Under the pieces are notes generated by a model that worked only from the letters and a program-made list of their open reading frames with translations, was not told where the DNA came from and searched no databases. The position numbers and the translations under genes were made by a program. Shown one piece after another: positions 46,064-54,920 of a DNA stretch of 64,000 nucleotides. Each line of letters opens with the position of its first letter. The first letter of the stretch is position 1. This stretch comes from a virus. The DNA lies in IMG/VR virus record IMGVR_UViG_3300045988_181613; one strand, 5' to 3'.

Positions 46064-48027
46064 ATTTCAAAATTTTTATATCCTATTTGTATTCTAACTT
46101 TAGATCTCCTTTCAACAGTCCGCTGAAAATCCTTTGGAGGTATAAAAGCATTTTCCTCTTCTGACCAAATATATCCTTTCGGAATATAGATAAGCTCACA
46201 ACGACAATTACCTGAAACACACACCTTACCCTTTCTCCTAACAATTAAAGTATGATTTTTTTTAAGTTCAACATCATAAATTTGACCGTTATAATCAATT
46301 TGAATTTCTTTCATATGAGATCTCAAATTATATTTTGTAGAAAGTTCATTAATTTCCCACTGATCATAATTTGCCAAATAATCTTTGTTTTGCTTTTTAC
46401 AATGATATATGGACCTTCCTTTATTACGATAAGAAGGTCTTTTACCTATCTTCAATAAAAGCTCCCCTATGTCACTTGCTAATTGAACGCTTGAAGTCGA
46501 AAATACTCTTAGTGGTTTACACTGATATCCATCAAAAATAGTTCCTTTATGTATAGTACCATCACCTAAATGAAAAGCGTTTAAAAATAACTCAATATAT
46601 TCAGGAGAAAGTTCTTTAATGAAAGAAGGTACATATTTTTGATAAGATTTTCCTAAGGATTTAAAGAAATTGATAAATTCAATTTGATTTTTCTTTATAT
46701 AAATTTCTATTCTTTCCTTTTGTAAAGAAACACTTGGAAATATTTTTTTACAACAATTGAAGATTATTTCTCGAGAATCTTTTAATTGGCTTATATTTAT
46801 TCTTTTTGTAGATTTATATTCAGTATAAGATCCTTCAGATAAATAATATCCCAGAAATTCACAGAATAATTTCATATCATATTGATTTCCATCAAATGTA
46901 ATATATTTTTTTTCTATTCCTTTCCAAGAAGGTAAATAAGTGAGAAATGAATATTCTTCTGTTAATTCAGACTCTTTTCTCAAACAAATATTTTTACCAG
47001 ATTTATATTCATACTGAGTTCTACCGACATGATAATGATTAGGAGAGGTACAGAGATTAAAATCTCTACTAATTCTTTCTATCATCTTTCCTTTATAATG
47101 AATAGAGAGGTAATGTATGGCTTTAACATACTCACCTTCACCCGTTTCTGGATTAACTGATAAAAATTCTTCATCTCCTTTTAAATCAGAAAATAATATG
47201 AAACCATTTTTAGTAAGTACTTCTGTTTGATCATCATAACAGAAAGGATGAGTAGTTCCGAGAACTGGCTTCCAATCTTTCGCTTTTCTTCCAATATTAT
47301 CTCCATTCGATATAAGTTGAGATATCTTAAATATACGGGGCTTACTTCCAATTCCTCCTGTAGTATATAAATGTCTACAATGAGAACATGCTTGTGGAAA
47401 AACATGTTTGTAAACCAGAGCTTCTGTACCATGTTTTTCCATTATAATTTGAGCTTTTCCAAGACAATAAATATCCTGCATCTCTGTTTCTACAATCCTT
47501 CCCCAATCTCTATTCCAATCTTGCAATCGATTTGATATATTATTTGTAATTGATTGCACAGATTTCCTTCTCAATATCCCTTCTTTTACAGAATTATCCA
47601 ATTGGCGATACTCAACTGTATTTTTTATTTCTTGCTCTGAAATAGCATTCGAGATCGTTTCTTTAAAACGATGTCCCATTCCTTTTATATAAGAATAGGT
47701 TCTTGTAGCGGCAGCTCGATATTCCGCTTTTTCTCTTTCAGTTAGTTTTTGATAATCTCTTCTTTCAATATAAGTAGTTAAATCTTTATAATCTAATTGT
47801 TTCGTTTGAATCGGACTCAATAAAGCAGAAACTCTACCAAATAAAAATGCCTGGTAATAAGGAGGTAACTTTATAAGTTCTTTCTCGATATCAAAACCAT
47901 TCTTTTTTAACAATTCTTTATCCTCAGACGTTAAAAATTCTTTTCCTAAAACGTCTCCAACAATACGTGCCAATCGATAATCGACAATATTGAAAAGTTT
48001 TTGTATTTCCGCTGGTGTAAAAATCAT
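46060..48027 (-). CDS. MuF / SPP1 gp7-like minor head protein interrupted by an intein
   Basis: 655 aa. The exteins rejoin as ...LGTTHPF+CRCELIYIP, restoring the HPxCRC motif typical of the MuF family. The gene lies next to the portal gene. Confidence 0.75.
   Translation of the reverse strand: MIFTPAEIQKLFNIVDYRLARIVGDVLGKEFLTSEDKELLKKNGFDIEKELIKLPPYYQAFLFGRVSALLSPIQTKQLDYKDLTTYIERRDYQKLTEREKAEYRAAATRTYSYIKGMGHRFKETISNAISEQEIKNTVEYRQLDNSVKEGILRRKSVQSITNNISNRLQDWNRDWGRIVETEMQDIYCLGKAQIIMEKHGTEALVYKHVFPQACSHCRHLYTTGGIGSKPRIFKISQLISNGDNIGRKAKDWKPVLGTTHPFCYDDQTEVLTKNGFILFSDLKGDEEFLSVNPETGEGEYVKAIHYLSIHYKGKMIERISRDFNLCTSPNHYHVGRTQYEYKSGKNICLRKESELTEEYSFLTYLPSWKGIEKKYITFDGNQYDMKLFCEFLGYYLSEGSYTEYKSTKRINISQLKDSREIIFNCCKKIFPSVSLQKERIEIYIKKNQIEFINFFKSLGKSYQKYVPSFIKELSPEYIELFLNAFHLGDGTIHKGTIFDGYQCKPLRVFSTSSVQLASDIGELLLKIGKRPSYRNKGRSIYHCKKQNKDYLANYDQWEINELSTKYNLRSHMKEIQIDYNGQIYDVELKKNHTLIVRRKGKVCVSGNCRCELIYIPKGYIWSEEENAFIPPKDFQRTVERRSKVRIQIGYKNFEI
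46207..47241 (-). mobile_element. 345-aa intein with a LAGLIDADG homing endonuclease domain
   Basis: Block A CYDDQTEVLTKNGF, block B CTSPNHYH, LAGLIDADG motifs FLGYYLSEGSY and FLNAFHLGDGT, and blocks F/G IYDVELKKNHTLIV...VCVSGN followed by the +1 Cys. Confidence 0.8.
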
Positions 48028-48224
48028 TCCTTTACAATATCAACCATTTCCTTTACAATATCTTTAAACATATTATTAGTCTGGGTTACGAAAATCGCTT
48101 GTGCTAAATTTTCGTAACCACACTGAACCTTAGGATACCTGATAGGATCTTTTACATGAGGCTTAATAGCAGGTGCTTTCTGCATATCATTAACCTTAAT
48201 TCCCTTCACATATTTATATTCCAT
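48024..48224 (-). CDS. hypothetical protein
   Basis: I moved the start to MEYKYVKG at 48224, directly after the portal stop. Confidence 0.5.
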   Translation of the reverse strand: MEYKYVKGIKVNDMQKAPAIKPHVKDPIRYPKVQCGYENLAQAIFVTQTNNMFKDIVKEMVDIVKE

Positions 48225-48225
48225 A

Positions 48226-49917
48226 TCAATTCTTATAAAGATTTTTTGCAATATATTCCATTGCAGCAGCTTCAATAGGATTATTCTCTATAGATTTTTC
48301 ATATTGATCAAAAGGATTCTCTCCATCCTCACCCGGTACGGGTTCTGCATACATAGCAGAATTCATTTCATTCATCTTTGCCGTTTGATATACAGAATTT
48401 AAAATAGTATCTGTATCAGGATTAAATTGTCTTCCAGAATATTTACGGAAAATATCTTCCATAGATACCATTCCACCATCTAATTTCTTTTTATCTAATT
48501 CAACTTGTTTAGATTCATCTTCAATTTCAATTCCGGTAAAGGCGAATTCAAATTCTCCATCAAACATTTCATCCACTATATAATGATTGATGATGTTCTG
48601 GAGAAAAATCAATAAAGGTTTTAATCCTTTATCTCTACTATGATTCAAACGCTCATGTTGTCCATTTTGACCAAATATTTGTGTTTGATCTTTAAATTGG
48701 AATCCAAGTTCAGAAGGATCGATTCGATAAACAGAACAAGTAATTACAATCAAGAATTTTACCCATTCTGTAAATTCCATATCTCTATTTGATTTCTGTA
48801 AGTCAACCCATTCCAAATCTATTCCTTGCATTATAGGAGTTCGATGTGAATTACCTACCCCTCTCATTGTTTGGGTCCAAGCTTGCCGAAATTCATTTAA
48901 AGTTGCATTATCGATATTTCCATTCTTAATATTAATAAAACCTTTCGGTTGAGAACCTTTAGAAAAGAAATTACCGTTATATTGCATACCCCAAAGAATC
49001 CAGGTTATAATCTCAACAAGAGTTTCAAGTTCCGAAGTACCGTAACCATTTCTATAAATAGATGTGCTTTTATTTCGAATACCATAGCCTAACTCCCATG
49101 GATAAAAAACTACTGATTCATGAGTTGTAGGATTCTGAAGAATTTGTCCCTGCCAAGACATACAAAAACGGGGTAGATAACCTTTGAAACGATATCTTTC
49201 AAATTCATCGCGATAGCGTGGATCTACACTGTCTAATAGTCTGATCAAAGAGGCATCAATAGCCCGAAAACGTGCTAAATTCCATCCACGATCTCTTGTT
49301 ATTTCAAAAGCTAACTGATCTAACGTCAAGCTATCAAATACAATTTTCCTTCCAAAATCTTGGAAAGTATCATAATTAGCCCATTTATCATTTAAACCAC
49401 CATTTTCAAGAAACTTGATTATATGCTCAATCTTTCCCTGGTCGCCTTCTTCAATTTCTTTGTTCTGAAAATCCTTCTCGAAAAGACTTTTCTTTTTTCT
49501 TATGGTGTAACCTTCTTTCTGTTCATCAACACTAAAATGCAGGAAATTTTGTACTTGTTCTACTCGTGTATTAACAACACTACGAACAATAAAAATATCC
49601 CCCATTCTTCTTAATGTATCAAAAGAAAGGGCACCTCTATTTTCTTTATATCCTTTTCCAGAATCGCCTACATCATTTGGATTGAAAAAAATTGATTGCA
49701 TTTTTCCATTATCCAATCTATCTCGTTGATTCAAAAAAAGATTTGCTTTCATGATCTCTTCAAAATCATTAGAAGCGGCCATTTGTTGAATTTTTGACTC
49801 AAGTAATGTTGGAATGGTCTTTTGCAATCCCGAAATTTCTTCCAAAGACAGACCAGCCAGACCTTTTAAAAGGTCTGGCTTTTCTTCTTTATTTATCTTC
49901 TTTCTACGACTGCTCAT
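48226..49917 (-). CDS. portal protein
   Basis: 563 aa. GSQPKGFINI...MEFTEWVKFLIVITCSVYRIDPSELGF resembles the portal core. The gene lies directly upstream of the MuF gene. Confidence 0.7.
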   Translation of the reverse strand: MSSRRKKINKEEKPDLLKGLAGLSLEEISGLQKTIPTLLESKIQQMAASNDFEEIMKANLFLNQRDRLDNGKMQSIFFNPNDVGDSGKGYKENRGALSFDTLRRMGDIFIVRSVVNTRVEQVQNFLHFSVDEQKEGYTIRKKKSLFEKDFQNKEIEEGDQGKIEHIIKFLENGGLNDKWANYDTFQDFGRKIVFDSLTLDQLAFEITRDRGWNLARFRAIDASLIRLLDSVDPRYRDEFERYRFKGYLPRFCMSWQGQILQNPTTHESVVFYPWELGYGIRNKSTSIYRNGYGTSELETLVEIITWILWGMQYNGNFFSKGSQPKGFINIKNGNIDNATLNEFRQAWTQTMRGVGNSHRTPIMQGIDLEWVDLQKSNRDMEFTEWVKFLIVITCSVYRIDPSELGFQFKDQTQIFGQNGQHERLNHSRDKGLKPLLIFLQNIINHYIVDEMFDGEFEFAFTGIEIEDESKQVELDKKKLDGGMVSMEDIFRKYSGRQFNPDTDTILNSVYQTAKMNEMNSAMYAEPVPGEDGENPFDQYEKSIENNPIEAAAMEYIAKNLYKN

Positions 49918-49930
49918 GATAAATTATTTT

Positions 49931-50548
49931 TTATACGCCTGCTGTTTGACTCAATGTAATTGAAGCCGTAGCTGGTGAATCGCCTTCCAACTGAGTAATT
50001 GTTACTGTACCAGATCTTCCAGCTCCTGTATTGGCAGATGCAATTACCATATCTTTAGTGTCATTCAAACTAAATCCATCTCCGGTAATTTCCACCTTAT
50101 ATTTTACATCGACAATCATTCCTTTTACAAAGCCTTCACTGGTAACTGTTTTTGTTGATTTTACAGCAAAACTATCAGATCCTCCTGCAGCTGCAAAAGA
50201 TAATTCTGTCGGATCTGCCTCTACTTTATAATCTCCAAATTCCATCTTCTCAGGAAGTAATTCAATCGGAGAAATTTCTCCGAGACCTTCATTCCATTGA
50301 ATAAGCTGAAGACCATTATTCAAAGCAAACAACAAAAAATCAAGATGTTCTCTTTCCGTACCTGCGACAAAATCAAACCCCATTTCCAAAATAGCAGAAT
50401 TAGGATTATCAATTGCAGACGTGTTTCCGGGAATAGGAATACCTCTTGGAGTTTCAGTAATAAATACTTTTTTCTGTTCTCCAGAACCATCCGTAGCTAC
50501 TACTACATCAATGTTTTTATCTGAGTTTTTAAATTCATATAGTCTCAT
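49931..50548 (-). CDS. BACON-like / Ig-like domain protein
   Basis: 205 aa. The C-terminus (LSFAAAGGSDSFAVKS...ASANTGAGRSGTVTITQ) resembles BACON domains. Confidence 0.35.
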   Translation of the reverse strand: MRLYEFKNSDKNIDVVVATDGSGEQKKVFITETPRGIPIPGNTSAIDNPNSAILEMGFDFVAGTEREHLDFLLFALNNGLQLIQWNEGLGEISPIELLPEKMEFGDYKVEADPTELSFAAAGGSDSFAVKSTKTVTSEGFVKGMIVDVKYKVEITGDGFSLNDTKDMVIASANTGAGRSGTVTITQLEGDSPATASITLSQTAGV

Positions 50549-50579
50549 AATCTCAATATATTAAATTAAACGAATTTAC

Positions 50580-51056
50580 TTATGATTGCGGCTTCTTTAC
50601 AAAACCATTTTCATCAAAATCTTTTAAATATTTTCGTATCCATACAGGTACTAATTCAGGATTAATTTTCCCGACATTTTCTACTATAGAAATTGCCTCT
50701 CTAACTAAAAGTGCTGTACACATTAAAGATCTAAACCAGGTGAAGGTATTATTTGGTTGTCCATCAATCGTAAAACTTCCAAGTACGTGAGCTACAATTA
50801 ATAAAGAGGTATATACTAATAGCTTCATAAAAATCATAGCAAAACCTTTACTTGAAAAATCTTTATGAATCAGATGATAGGTCCAGCTTACAATAGTATC
50901 TATCGTAATGAGAACGATTAGGTATTTGACGAACTCCCAATCTTTAAACATGTATTTTTCTATCCAATCTACTATGGGTGACAATGGAATTGCCATTAAT
51001 AGTGGATAAAAGAAACTCGCCGCATAATTGATCACTTTATCTAAAATTTTACGCAT
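50580..51056 (-). CDS. holin (toxin-secretion / phage-lysis holin family-like)
   Basis: 158 aa with four predicted TM helices and the conserved-looking REAISIVENVGKI motif. Confidence 0.6.
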   Translation of the reverse strand: MRKILDKVINYAASFFYPLLMAIPLSPIVDWIEKYMFKDWEFVKYLIVLITIDTIVSWTYHLIHKDFSSKGFAMIFMKLLVYTSLLIVAHVLGSFTIDGQPNNTFTWFRSLMCTALLVREAISIVENVGKINPELVPVWIRKYLKDFDENGFVKKPQS

Positions 51057-51140
51057 TTTTTCTCAAACTTAAATGTTTCACGAAGTAAAACATTTTGCCA
51101 AACCTTACCCTAAAAATTCCCTTAAAAACCTAATCGGATG

Positions 51141-51650
51141 CTAATCCTCTTTCTCATTGTCTTTAGAAGTGTGTTTATTGGTAACATCAGCAATCTTTTT
51201 AGATAACTCTGCTACTTTGGCTTTATCACCTCTTTTTACAGCACTTGTATATTCAGCTCTAAGTTTAGCTAAATTACCAGCTCCTTCATTGAAGTCTTCT
51301 GCTTTTGTATCACCATAAGGTTTACCTACAACACCCTTCTTACGATTTTCAGGAGTATCTTTATAATATCCTGTCTTGGATTTTATTAAAGTATCGGGAT
51401 TAATTTCTTCCTTCCATTCAATCTGAGAAGGTCTCCAGAATAAGATCGATTTGCTTAAATCATCGTTCACAACAGTGACTCTATTCAAAGAAACAAAATC
51501 TATCGCTCCATACTCTTTTTCAATAGGATCAATACTTTTAAGAACATCTTGTGAAAATCTTTTCACTTGCTCCTCAGTATATATTTCATATTCTGGATTA
51601 TCAAATTTAGAAAGGAATTCCTTTCTTGTCATATCTGCATATTTTTTCAT
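51141..51650 (-). CDS. hypothetical protein
   Basis: I moved the start to MKKYADMTRKEF at 51650. The track's TTG start lies upstream of the promoter box at 51690. Confidence 0.55.
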   Translation of the reverse strand: MKKYADMTRKEFLSKFDNPEYEIYTEEQVKRFSQDVLKSIDPIEKEYGAIDFVSLNRVTVVNDDLSKSILFWRPSQIEWKEEINPDTLIKSKTGYYKDTPENRKKGVVGKPYGDTKAEDFNEGAGNLAKLRAEYTSAVKRGDKAKVAELSKKIADVTNKHTSKDNEKED

Positions 51651-51689
51651 AAACTTCTTATATTTACGAGTATCGTATTTTACAATGCC

Positions 51690-51698
51690 TAAATATAA
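51690..51698 (-). promoter_or_regulatory. -7 promoter box variant TTATATTTA
   Basis: 39 nt upstream of the ATG at 51650. Confidence 0.4.
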
Positions 51699-51745
51699 GA
51701 ACAATAAATCTAATAGTCAATATTTTTCTTTGAAATAAATCATTT

Positions 51746-52765
51746 TCAAATTACTAAAGGCGAATATCTACTCTGGAGTTCTAAATAAAATTCTTTTAAT
51801 AAACTTGTTTCTTTTATATTAGAAGCCTCTCTTTCTAATCGATGTGCCATTAATTCTGTGATCTCACCCATTTCTGCAAGTTTCGTTAAAAAATATTTGA
51901 TCTGTAAAAGGTATGAATTAAAATGCTCTTCAATACTTTTCCATTGTTCTTTTCCTTCTTGTAACTTATCTAATTGAATTTCAACAATTTGAATCATACG
52001 TGACCAATCTAAAATAGAAAGATTAGCACCTTTTAAATTTGCTTTATCTAATTTTAATTTTTCTTCTGGAGTTACAATTTTATAACGTGAATATTTTATA
52101 TCATCTTTATTAGTAAGTTCCATTATTTTTCTCATAATGATACTCTTCCATTGAGATCTTTCTGGAATTTCAAAATTCCAAGAATAAAAATTCTTATAAA
52201 TACCATAACGTTTAGTTATCTCTTTTTTTGTAGGGGGTCTATGGAAAGAATCGCCGAAATATAATTTTAATTTTTGTATGGAATTTCTAACTTCACTGTA
52301 AGTAAAATCTATATTTTCCATAGATAGATTCCTGCAAATATAATCTATTCCGAAAAAGTAAGATTCCTCCGAATTAGATTTTTGCTCTATATCTAATTCA
52401 TTTTCAAAGACATAATGAATATGCTTGGCTTTTCTATATATCATACATAGAATTTTCCAGTCTTTGATATCCAAATGATATTTAGCATCTGGAATTTGAT
52501 TTGTCAATAAAATATAATCAGGAACTCTATCATATTCAATAGAAGGGATGAATTTCATTCTGTGAAGCTTATTATTATCAAATAATACTTCGCCAGATTG
52601 AATCATTTGATCCAAGGTCTTTTTTATAGTTTGTTTACTCCATCCTATATTTGATTCGATTGTTTCTATAAGATGATTAGGTGAATTAAAATAATTTCCT
52701 TTATTTCCTTTCCAACCTGCAATTCTTGTAAGTTGACTTCTTAATATGTTTAATTTTTTCTCCAT
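51746..52765 (-). CDS. hypothetical protein, possible winged-helix DNA-binding (replication or regulatory candidate)
   Basis: 339 aa with the wHTH-like stretch WSKQTIKKTLDQMIQSGEVLF. It is preceded by a 490-bp repeat-rich intergenic region. Confidence 0.55.
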   Translation of the reverse strand: MEKKLNILRSQLTRIAGWKGNKGNYFNSPNHLIETIESNIGWSKQTIKKTLDQMIQSGEVLFDNNKLHRMKFIPSIEYDRVPDYILLTNQIPDAKYHLDIKDWKILCMIYRKAKHIHYVFENELDIEQKSNSEESYFFGIDYICRNLSMENIDFTYSEVRNSIQKLKLYFGDSFHRPPTKKEITKRYGIYKNFYSWNFEIPERSQWKSIIMRKIMELTNKDDIKYSRYKIVTPEEKLKLDKANLKGANLSILDWSRMIQIVEIQLDKLQEGKEQWKSIEEHFNSYLLQIKYFLTKLAEMGEITELMAHRLEREASNIKETSLLKEFYLELQSRYSPLVI

Positions 52766-52834
52766 ATATACTTTTATTTTTGCTAACGTAAAATTACAAG
52801 TTTCTTTTTATTTAGACAACTCCTTTAAAAAGAA

Positions 52835-52857
52835 AAAGTGACCATAAAGGTCACTTT
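52835..52857 (-). terminator. intrinsic terminator-like hairpin inside the leader of 51746..52765
   Basis: Minus strand reads AAAGTGACC-TTTAT-GGTCACTTT followed by TTCTTTTT, 69 nt upstream of the ATG. Confidence 0.55.
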
Positions 52858-52929
52858 ATTTCTTATCGAATAACAAAAATAAAAGTATATAAATTATCGT
52901 GTTTCACAACACCTCTTTATATCATACTC

Positions 52930-52938
52930 TAAAGATAC
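52930..52938 (-). promoter_or_regulatory. -7 promoter box GTATCTTTA
   Basis: 164 nt upstream of the ATG at 52765. No ORF lies between them. Confidence 0.45.
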
Positions 52939-53020
52939 AGCTTATATCCTTATTTACCAAATATTTTCAAAGAAAAATCCTTATTAGGGTGGATCTTCTT
53001 TTTATCTATTCTATAACTAC

Positions 53021-53165
53021 TTGATAATCAACTGGTCAAAATTGCATCTAATATATAAGCTAAAGCTTAGATATATCTTTTATATTTATAATAGGAATAA
53101 GAGAATAAGTCTATCAATGTAATTGATATATATTATATACGATTTTGACCAGTGTTGATTATCAA
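53021..53165. repeat. 22/24-bp inverted repeats flanking an AT-rich palindromic core
   Basis: TTGATAATCAACTGGTCAAAAT (53021..53042) matches ATTTTGACCAGTGTTGATTATCAA (53142..53165) with a 2-nt indel. The inner palindrome is TAAGCT-AA-AGCTTA at 53056..53069. Confidence 0.75.
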
Positions 53166-53208
53166 TGAATTATTGAGAAAAATATTTACTACCCTTATAA
53201 AAATAAAA

Positions 53209-53241
53209 AAGACACGAAATTTATCATATTTTTCGTGTCTT
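53209..53241 (-). terminator. intrinsic terminator after 53257..53649
   Basis: Minus strand reads AAGACACGAAA-loop-TTTCGTGTCTT followed by TTTTATTTTT, 16 nt after the stop. Confidence 0.7.
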
Positions 53242-53256
53242 TTCCTTCTATAAATA

Positions 53257-53649
53257 TTATACGGTTTTCTTCTTGGTAAATAAACTAAATAGCCATTCGA
53301 TTAATCCGGTATCAAATAAACCATTAGAGGCTAATCCTGCTCCGAGGCCCCATAGTAATGCTTGCCACCAATCCAATCCATTAAACATTCCCAAATGAAA
53401 TCCCCATGCAAACATACCTAAAATAATTCCTATAAGCCACGAAATAATTCGCTGAACCCAAGCTGTTGGTTCTACTTTAAACAGCTTCTTGATAAATTCA
53501 GTGATGATACTCGTAACAGAAACAATTCCCGCAAAAGTCGCAAAATAAGCCTCGTAATCAGTTCCTACTGGAGGATCTACTGTCTGTGCTGTAAGAATAC
53601 CAATAGAGCACAGTAATCCAAAAATAAGTGCAATAATAAAATTCTTCAT
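53257..53649 (-). CDS. membrane protein with signal peptide (holin/spanin-class candidate)
   Basis: I moved the start to MKNFIIALIFGLLCSIGILTAQ at 53649. There are about three further TM helices. Confidence 0.55.
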   Translation of the reverse strand: MKNFIIALIFGLLCSIGILTAQTVDPPVGTDYEAYFATFAGIVSVTSIITEFIKKLFKVEPTAWVQRIISWLIGIILGMFAWGFHLGMFNGLDWWQALLWGLGAGLASNGLFDTGLIEWLFSLFTKKKTV

Positions 53650-53686
53650 AACTCTTTTAATTTTAATTGTTATTATTAATTCGTGG

Positions 53687-53695
53687 TAAAGATAC
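53687..53695 (-). promoter_or_regulatory. -7 promoter box GTATCTTTA
   Basis: 37 nt upstream of the ATG at 53649. Confidence 0.5.
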
Positions 53696-53710
53696 AAATT
53701 ATCTTTTTAG

Positions 53711-54061
53711 TCACCTAATTTTTTCGTAAAAATAACATTTATCTTCCACATGAACTGTCATGAGAGTAATTTTTCCGTAAGTAAAATCAACTTTCCAGTT
53801 TCCTCTTTCTTTATTATCAAGATTATAAATAAAGAGGTGAGAACAATCTGCTGTATAAAAATACTGATAATTATAAACCTCTATATTTAATTTTGGACCC
53901 ATATAGACTGAATCTTCTTTAAAAATCATAATGTCATCAGTCTTATGTTCGGTACTTGTAATCTGTTTCCAGGTTCCAATGAATGGATTGATCTCTATTT
54001 CTGCTTTATTGCAAGCGACTAATCCTATTACAAGGATTAGAAAGACAACTATCTTTTTCAT
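53711..54061 (-). CDS. lipoprotein
   Basis: 116 aa with a signal peptide and lipobox, MKKIVVFLILVIGLVAC. Confidence 0.6.
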   Translation of the reverse strand: MKKIVVFLILVIGLVACNKAEIEINPFIGTWKQITSTEHKTDDIMIFKEDSVYMGPKLNIEVYNYQYFYTADCSHLFIYNLDNKERGNWKVDFTYGKITLMTVHVEDKCYFYEKIR

Positions 54062-54560
54062 AATTTACTCTATAAATAGTATCAAATTTATATCCTGTAT
54101 AAACAGGATTTCTGATCATATTATTAATATCTGCATGCCATAATTTAATCTTAGGATGTTTGTAATATAGTCCAATAAGTTTGATAACATCTAAATTATT
54201 TTCAGCAACGAAAATTTCTGTCACAATTCCTTTTTCAATTTTCTCCATTAAATTATGAAGAAGCAATCCTATCCCAAGACCTCCAATAAAAACTTTTCCA
54301 GTCGCCTTATTTATAACTTCAGAATTACTTTTTAATTCCATAGGAGTATCTGACATAAAAACAGTTCCGTTTATTTTCAAACGAGTATAAGTTCCATTTT
54401 CAATGCAAAAGAGATCTGTACCTCTATCTCTTATTTCTCTTAGTTTTTGCATCATTAAAGTAGTGTTATCCACCTCTACTTTAATACAATCAAGTTCTGC
54501 AATGCCGATTTCTTTTCGATCACCTACTTTCATTTTAAATACTTCGTTTACTTGTTTCAT
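54006..54560 (-). CDS. class I methyltransferase-like protein (short or truncated)
   Basis: 184 aa. It has the glycine-rich motif I-like stretch KVFIGGLGIGLL and the acidic loop EIFVAEN. Its 3' end overlaps the lipoprotein gene by 56 nt. Confidence 0.3.
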   Translation of the reverse strand: MKQVNEVFKMKVGDRKEIGIAELDCIKVEVDNTTLMMQKLREIRDRGTDLFCIENGTYTRLKINGTVFMSDTPMELKSNSEVINKATGKVFIGGLGIGLLLHNLMEKIEKGIVTEIFVAENNLDVIKLIGLYYKHPKIKLWHADINNMIRNPVYTGYKFDTIYRVNYEKDSCLSNPCNRISRLQ

Positions 54561-54613
54561 TTCTCATTTATTTTTAGTGAGATTCTTTTATCTTCTCTTG
54601 TTTTATTATGACA

Positions 54614-54622
54614 TAAAGATAC
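54614..54622 (-). promoter_or_regulatory. -7 promoter box GTATCTTTA
   Basis: 53 nt upstream of the ATG at 54560. Confidence 0.5.
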
Positions 54623-54783
54623 AAAGAAAAAGTGAAATGAGCCAGATACTGGAACTTATTTTTATATGTTTTTGAGTGTTTTATTTTCGAAGATAATAAA
54701 AGCTAAATAAAGTATCAGAACCGTATTTTAAAACTCATATAAACAATCAAATTCATTAGATTCTTAGTTGTTTATATAAAAGA

Positions 54784-54812
54784 AAACAGAGAAGATGGAG
54801 ACTTCTCTGTTT
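54784..54812 (-). terminator. intrinsic terminator
   Basis: Minus strand reads AAACAGAGAAG-loop-CTTCTCTGTTT followed by TCTTTTAT, downstream of gene 54921..56111. Confidence 0.65.
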
Positions 54813-54902
54813 TTAATTTCGTTAAACGTCATCTCGACGTCTAAGAAATCGTACATATGAAATTAAGCTTTCTATACTAAAAGTTTTACTATAACGATTT
54901 GG

Positions 54903-54911
54903 TAAAGATAT
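54903..54911 (-). promoter_or_regulatory. -7 promoter box ATATCTTTA with no gene before the next terminator
   Basis: It lies 10 nt past the stop of 54921..56111 and about 90 nt upstream of the terminator at 54784..54812. Confidence 0.35.
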
Positions 54912-54920
54912 ACCAAAATT

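Noticed and set aside
53021-53042. The shared 9-mer ATCAACTGG between this inverted repeat and the 47-bp fibre-cassette repeat, as a possible common recombinase site
   Set aside because: A single 9-mer match in 64 kb of AT-rich DNA is within chance expectation, and no other similarity extends from it.
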